This document shows, in pieces, positions 43,916 to 46,363 of a DNA stretch of 46,363 bases. The DNA is from Nitrospinaceae bacterium (GTDB lineage: Bacteria > Nitrospinota > Nitrospinia > Nitrospinales > VA-1), in contig JAESTE010000117.1 of the NCBI GenBank assembly GCA_016763735.1, positions 1 to 46,363 on the forward strand. Reading direction: 5' to 3'. How positions within the stretch are numbered: position 1 is the stretch's first letter; each line of letters begins with the position of its first letter. The translations under genes and the position numbers were made by a program. The notes under the pieces were generated by a model. It worked only from the letters and a program-made list of their open reading frames with translations. It made no database searches and was not told the origin of the DNA.

Positions 43916-43947
43916 GTCGACTTTGGTCGAGTCAACATCAAGTCGAC
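43916..43947. promoter_or_regulatory. GTCGAC-box cluster 9 (2 exact + 2 near copies)
   Basis: Exact GTCGAC at 43916 and 43942. Near copies are GTCGAG at 43926 and GTCAAC at 43931. The cluster is 37-68 nt upstream of ATG 43984. Confidence 0.6.
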
Positions 43948-43983
43948 TCTGAAACCTGTGAACCCCACACACTTTCAACCGCC

Positions 43984-44928
43984 ATGTCAGACTCTGTGCT
44001 TACCAAGCGCAACCACCATACAGCGTTCGCGCGACCACCCATCAAGAAGATGCCTGACGTGGACGAGGACAGCGCCTTCATGCTGCTGAACTTGTGGAAC
44101 ACCCGTCACCCCCACACAATCGAGACCGACTTCAAGGCCGACGGGTACACCAACGTGCCCACCCAAGACGCCATCATGACCTCACTAGGCCGTCAGCTCG
44201 AGTACCTCAAGGACGACACGCCCCCGGCGACTCCGCCTCTCGTGACCGTGTCCGACGACGCCGACGTTTGCGCCACATGCAGTGCAGTGGTGGGCACGGG
44301 AGCGCTATGTGACAATGACCACCCGGCCTGTGCGTCGTGCCTGTCCACGTCCACTTGCGGTGGCTGCGGCATTTCTTGGTGCCCCGAGTGCGACACTTGC
44401 GCCAAGTGCCCGGCACATCTGTGTGAGCACTCCGACCACAAGACCCTGTGTCAGTGGTGTGCTATGAGGGATGAAAAGTGCGAAGTATGCGACGGCTCCG
44501 ACCGCATCATTTTTCGTTGCGACGCCAGGCACAATGCCTGCATGGACTGCTTCATCAAGGGCCGGTGCCCCGACTGTGACGCGGCGTGGTGCAAGAAGTG
44601 CGTCTCGTGCTCTGGATGCCAGCGCCATCTATGCGCAAAGCTAGAGTGTGTGCTCGACCTGTGCATCAAGTGCCACGACAAGCACGAGGACGACCTCAAT
44701 GCACAGCGAGTGTTGCTGACCGGGAAGGAGGAGTCCAAGTCTGGTCCTGTCCTCACCCCCCTGGCCAGAGAGAAGAACCTGGACGTTGTGTCGTCCACCA
44801 GTAACAGACATGACTGTGGCTGTGTGCAAACCGTGATCAAGGTCGTGAAGGACAACCACCACGTCGGAGACGACGACCGCACCTGTATGATGTTGGACCG
44901 TCAAGCATCGTGCGCACTGATGCACTGA
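43984..44928 (+). CDS. Cysteine-rich protein with two tandem RING-HC-like fingers (GYTNVP family, paralogue 3)
   Basis: The start was moved to ATG 43984 (MSDSVLTKRNHH...). It has the box IETDFKADGYTNVP. The two fingers are C-x2-C-x9-C-x3-H-x2-C-x2-C-x5-C-x2-C and C-x2-C-x10-C-x3-H-x2-C-x2-C-x5-C-x2-C. Each is followed by W-C-x2-C-x2-C-x2-C. Confidence 0.75.
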   Translation: MSDSVLTKRNHHTAFARPPIKKMPDVDEDSAFMLLNLWNTRHPHTIETDFKADGYTNVPTQDAIMTSLGRQLEYLKDDTPPATPPLVTVSDDADVCATCSAVVGTGALCDNDHPACASCLSTSTCGGCGISWCPECDTCAKCPAHLCEHSDHKTLCQWCAMRDEKCEVCDGSDRIIFRCDARHNACMDCFIKGRCPDCDAAWCKKCVSCSGCQRHLCAKLECVLDLCIKCHDKHEDDLNAQRVLLTGKEESKSGPVLTPLAREKNLDVVSSTSNRHDCGCVQTVIKVVKDNHHVGDDDRTCMMLDRQASCALMH

Positions 44929-45033
44929 TACGCCTGTGTTTCGTGTAGCGAATGAACCAATGAAAACAGTTCCCCTACATATCGTTCCTAGCTCGCAATA
45001 GCACGTCTGCTTCGTGAGAACCTTCATTTCAGC

Positions 45034-46363
45034 ATGGCAGCAGTCGGTGGCGGTGCTACTGGGTTTCACGGGGGATATCGGCCGGCGTACCAAGGCATGC
45101 CGCCGAGCAACCCTCAAGTCGATTACCCGCGGCTGCTGAGCGTGGGCCCGGGCCATGGACCCGTGCCGTCCAACTCCGCGGGGGTCTACCCGTCCTCCAA
45201 CCCCTGGGCAGCCTTCTTTGGCAACCCCAAGGGCCCCATCTACCAGGCGCAGGGGTACGAGAAGGAGAACGCCGACCTGCCCGACGCGTACATGGGCCAG
45301 AACTACTTCATGAGCCAGGTCATGATCCGGGAGATCCTCGCTGGCGACTCGTACCTGGTCACCGAGGTGCTGCCCTGGCAGAAGTCGGAAGACAAGGACG
45401 AGCTGCGCTGGGACGTGATCACGTTCAACGACAACTTGTTGGGCAGACGGGCGGAGGAGTCCGTGTCCCGTATGCTCAGCTACCAGCGTCACGAAGAGAG
45501 CGCTGGGTTCGTGAGCTACGGTGTGGCCATGATCCTGGAGTCGGGTTTCTACAACACGGCTCAAGGCAAGATGCACTACGCCATGAACCTGCGCCAGATC
45601 TCCAACGCCACGGTGTCCACGGCATGCTTGGGCGCGGCCCAGGCCATTCTCAACCCCAAGGCCCCCTACGACGGGCTTAACCACAAGATGGACAGCGCCC
45701 TGCCCGACACCGAGTTCTTCAAACTGCTGGAACAGGAACGTGACGACTGGGGCATGGCACACGACACTACCTACGGTGTCAACCTCAGCCTCGACATGAT
45801 GAAGCGCAAGCTGGCGGCCCGTGGCGTCACCCCGAACTACGTGATCGCCCCCGCCGGCATGGCCAAGTTCCTCGAGTTCGGTCGCCCCGAGTTCCAGGGC
45901 AAGTCGGGCAACCCTATCGGATCTCTTAACGGCATCGAACGCGTCCGCGAGAGCAAGTCTGTGCCCATTGGCGAGGGCCGTGACCCCATCGACCCCTTCT
46001 TCCAGACCCGTACCATTGGCAGCTACTACAAGCTGTCGGCCGCGGCCTGCCGTGACGTCCCTGCCCAGTTCTACACCACTTCCATGCGCTCCATCTACGC
46101 GTGGTCCGAAGACGCCAACGGGTGGAAGAAACACACCCTGGCCAAGACCATCAAGGCCAGTGGCATCGTGGACAGCGAATGGGGACTGCGCGGGCTGGGC
46201 GAACGCTTCTTCGCGTCGTACCCGACCTGGGGCAAGTTCCTCAAAGACACAGACTTCCTGGCTCCTGTCGTCAAGGGCATCATGGAGAAGAAGAGTCTGG
46301 GCGCACTGCGTCGTATCATGGAACTTGACGGGGATGGCCTCGCCACAGTCCAGGTCCAAGGAC
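45034..46363 (+). CDS. Open-ended CDS (>443 codons, continues past window end); candidate abundant structural protein
   Basis: Frame 1 from ATG 45034 is open to the window end. It reads MAAVGGGATGFHGGYRPAYQGMPPSNP...WDVITFNDNLLGRRAEESVSRMLSYQRHEESAGFVSYGVAMILESGFYNTAQGKMHYAMNLRQI... It is missing from the ORF track because it has no stop. Composition is protein-like with a strong C/G-ending codon bias. The listed 572-aa minus-strand ORF 44641..46359 is its antisense. Confidence 0.75.
   Translation, partial: MAAVGGGATGFHGGYRPAYQGMPPSNPQVDYPRLLSVGPGHGPVPSNSAGVYPSSNPWAAFFGNPKGPIYQAQGYEKENADLPDAYMGQNYFMSQVMIREILAGDSYLVTEVLPWQKSEDKDELRWDVITFNDNLLGRRAEESVSRMLSYQRHEESAGFVSYGVAMILESGFYNTAQGKMHYAMNLRQISNATVSTACLGAAQAILNPKAPYDGLNHKMDSALPDTEFFKLLEQERDDWGMAHDTTYGVNLSLDMMKRKLAARGVTPNYVIAPAGMAKFLEFGRPEFQGKSGNPIGSLNGIERVRESKSVPIGEGRDPIDPFFQTRTIGSYYKLSAAACRDVPAQFYTTSMRSIYAWSEDANGWKKHTLAKTIKASGIVDSEWGLRGLGERFFASYPTWGKFLKDTDFLAPVVKGIMEKKSLGALRRIMELDGDGLATVQVQG

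Noticed and set aside
44641-46359. 572-aa minus-strand ORF, the longest listed ORF at the right end
   Set aside because: Its composition is antisense-type (G/V/H/R/L/A-rich with no motifs). It shares wobble positions with the open-ended plus-strand CDS from 45034, which has protein-like sequence and the C>G third-base bias seen in confident genes.

Overview
The window is GC-rich (about 55-60% by eye) and more than 90% coding. I call 35 protein-coding genes on both strands and see no rRNA, tRNA or CRISPR array. All domain calls come from motif recognition by eye; no database search was run.

The content fits a large eukaryote-infecting dsDNA virus, or an endogenous copy of one, with herpesvirus/mirusvirus-type (Duplodnaviria) DNA packaging. 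The evidence is:
- a herpes-type terminase large-subunit 3' exon (Walker B, motif III and the D-E-D nuclease) preceded by a canonical splice acceptor, with no Walker-A exon recognisable in the window
- an H3-like histone
- a TFIIB-like factor
- tandem RING-HC-like cysteine-rich paralogues
- a MORN protein and an F-box-like protein
- a candidate 2H phosphoesterase
- a PD-(D/E)XK nuclease-like protein
- a 1736-aa EGF-repeat membrane glycoprotein
- a 9-kb cassette of five membrane-anchored fibre/spike paralogues, one of them frameshifted at a C6 run.

The non-coding highlights are:
- nine tight clusters of an oriented GTCGAC box (RAGTCGACAY) upstream of a subset of genes
- a roughly 1-kb imperfect palindrome with 9-bp iterons and an AT-richer centre, in the only large intergenic gap, which I read as a candidate replication origin.

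The supplied ORF track has three systematic problems:
- It uses non-ATG starts and reads through promoter motifs, so many starts were re-assigned to the first plausible ATG.
- It omits two open-ended CDSs at the window edges.
- It contains many long antisense decoy ORFs, because both strands share wobble positions in this GC3-rich DNA.
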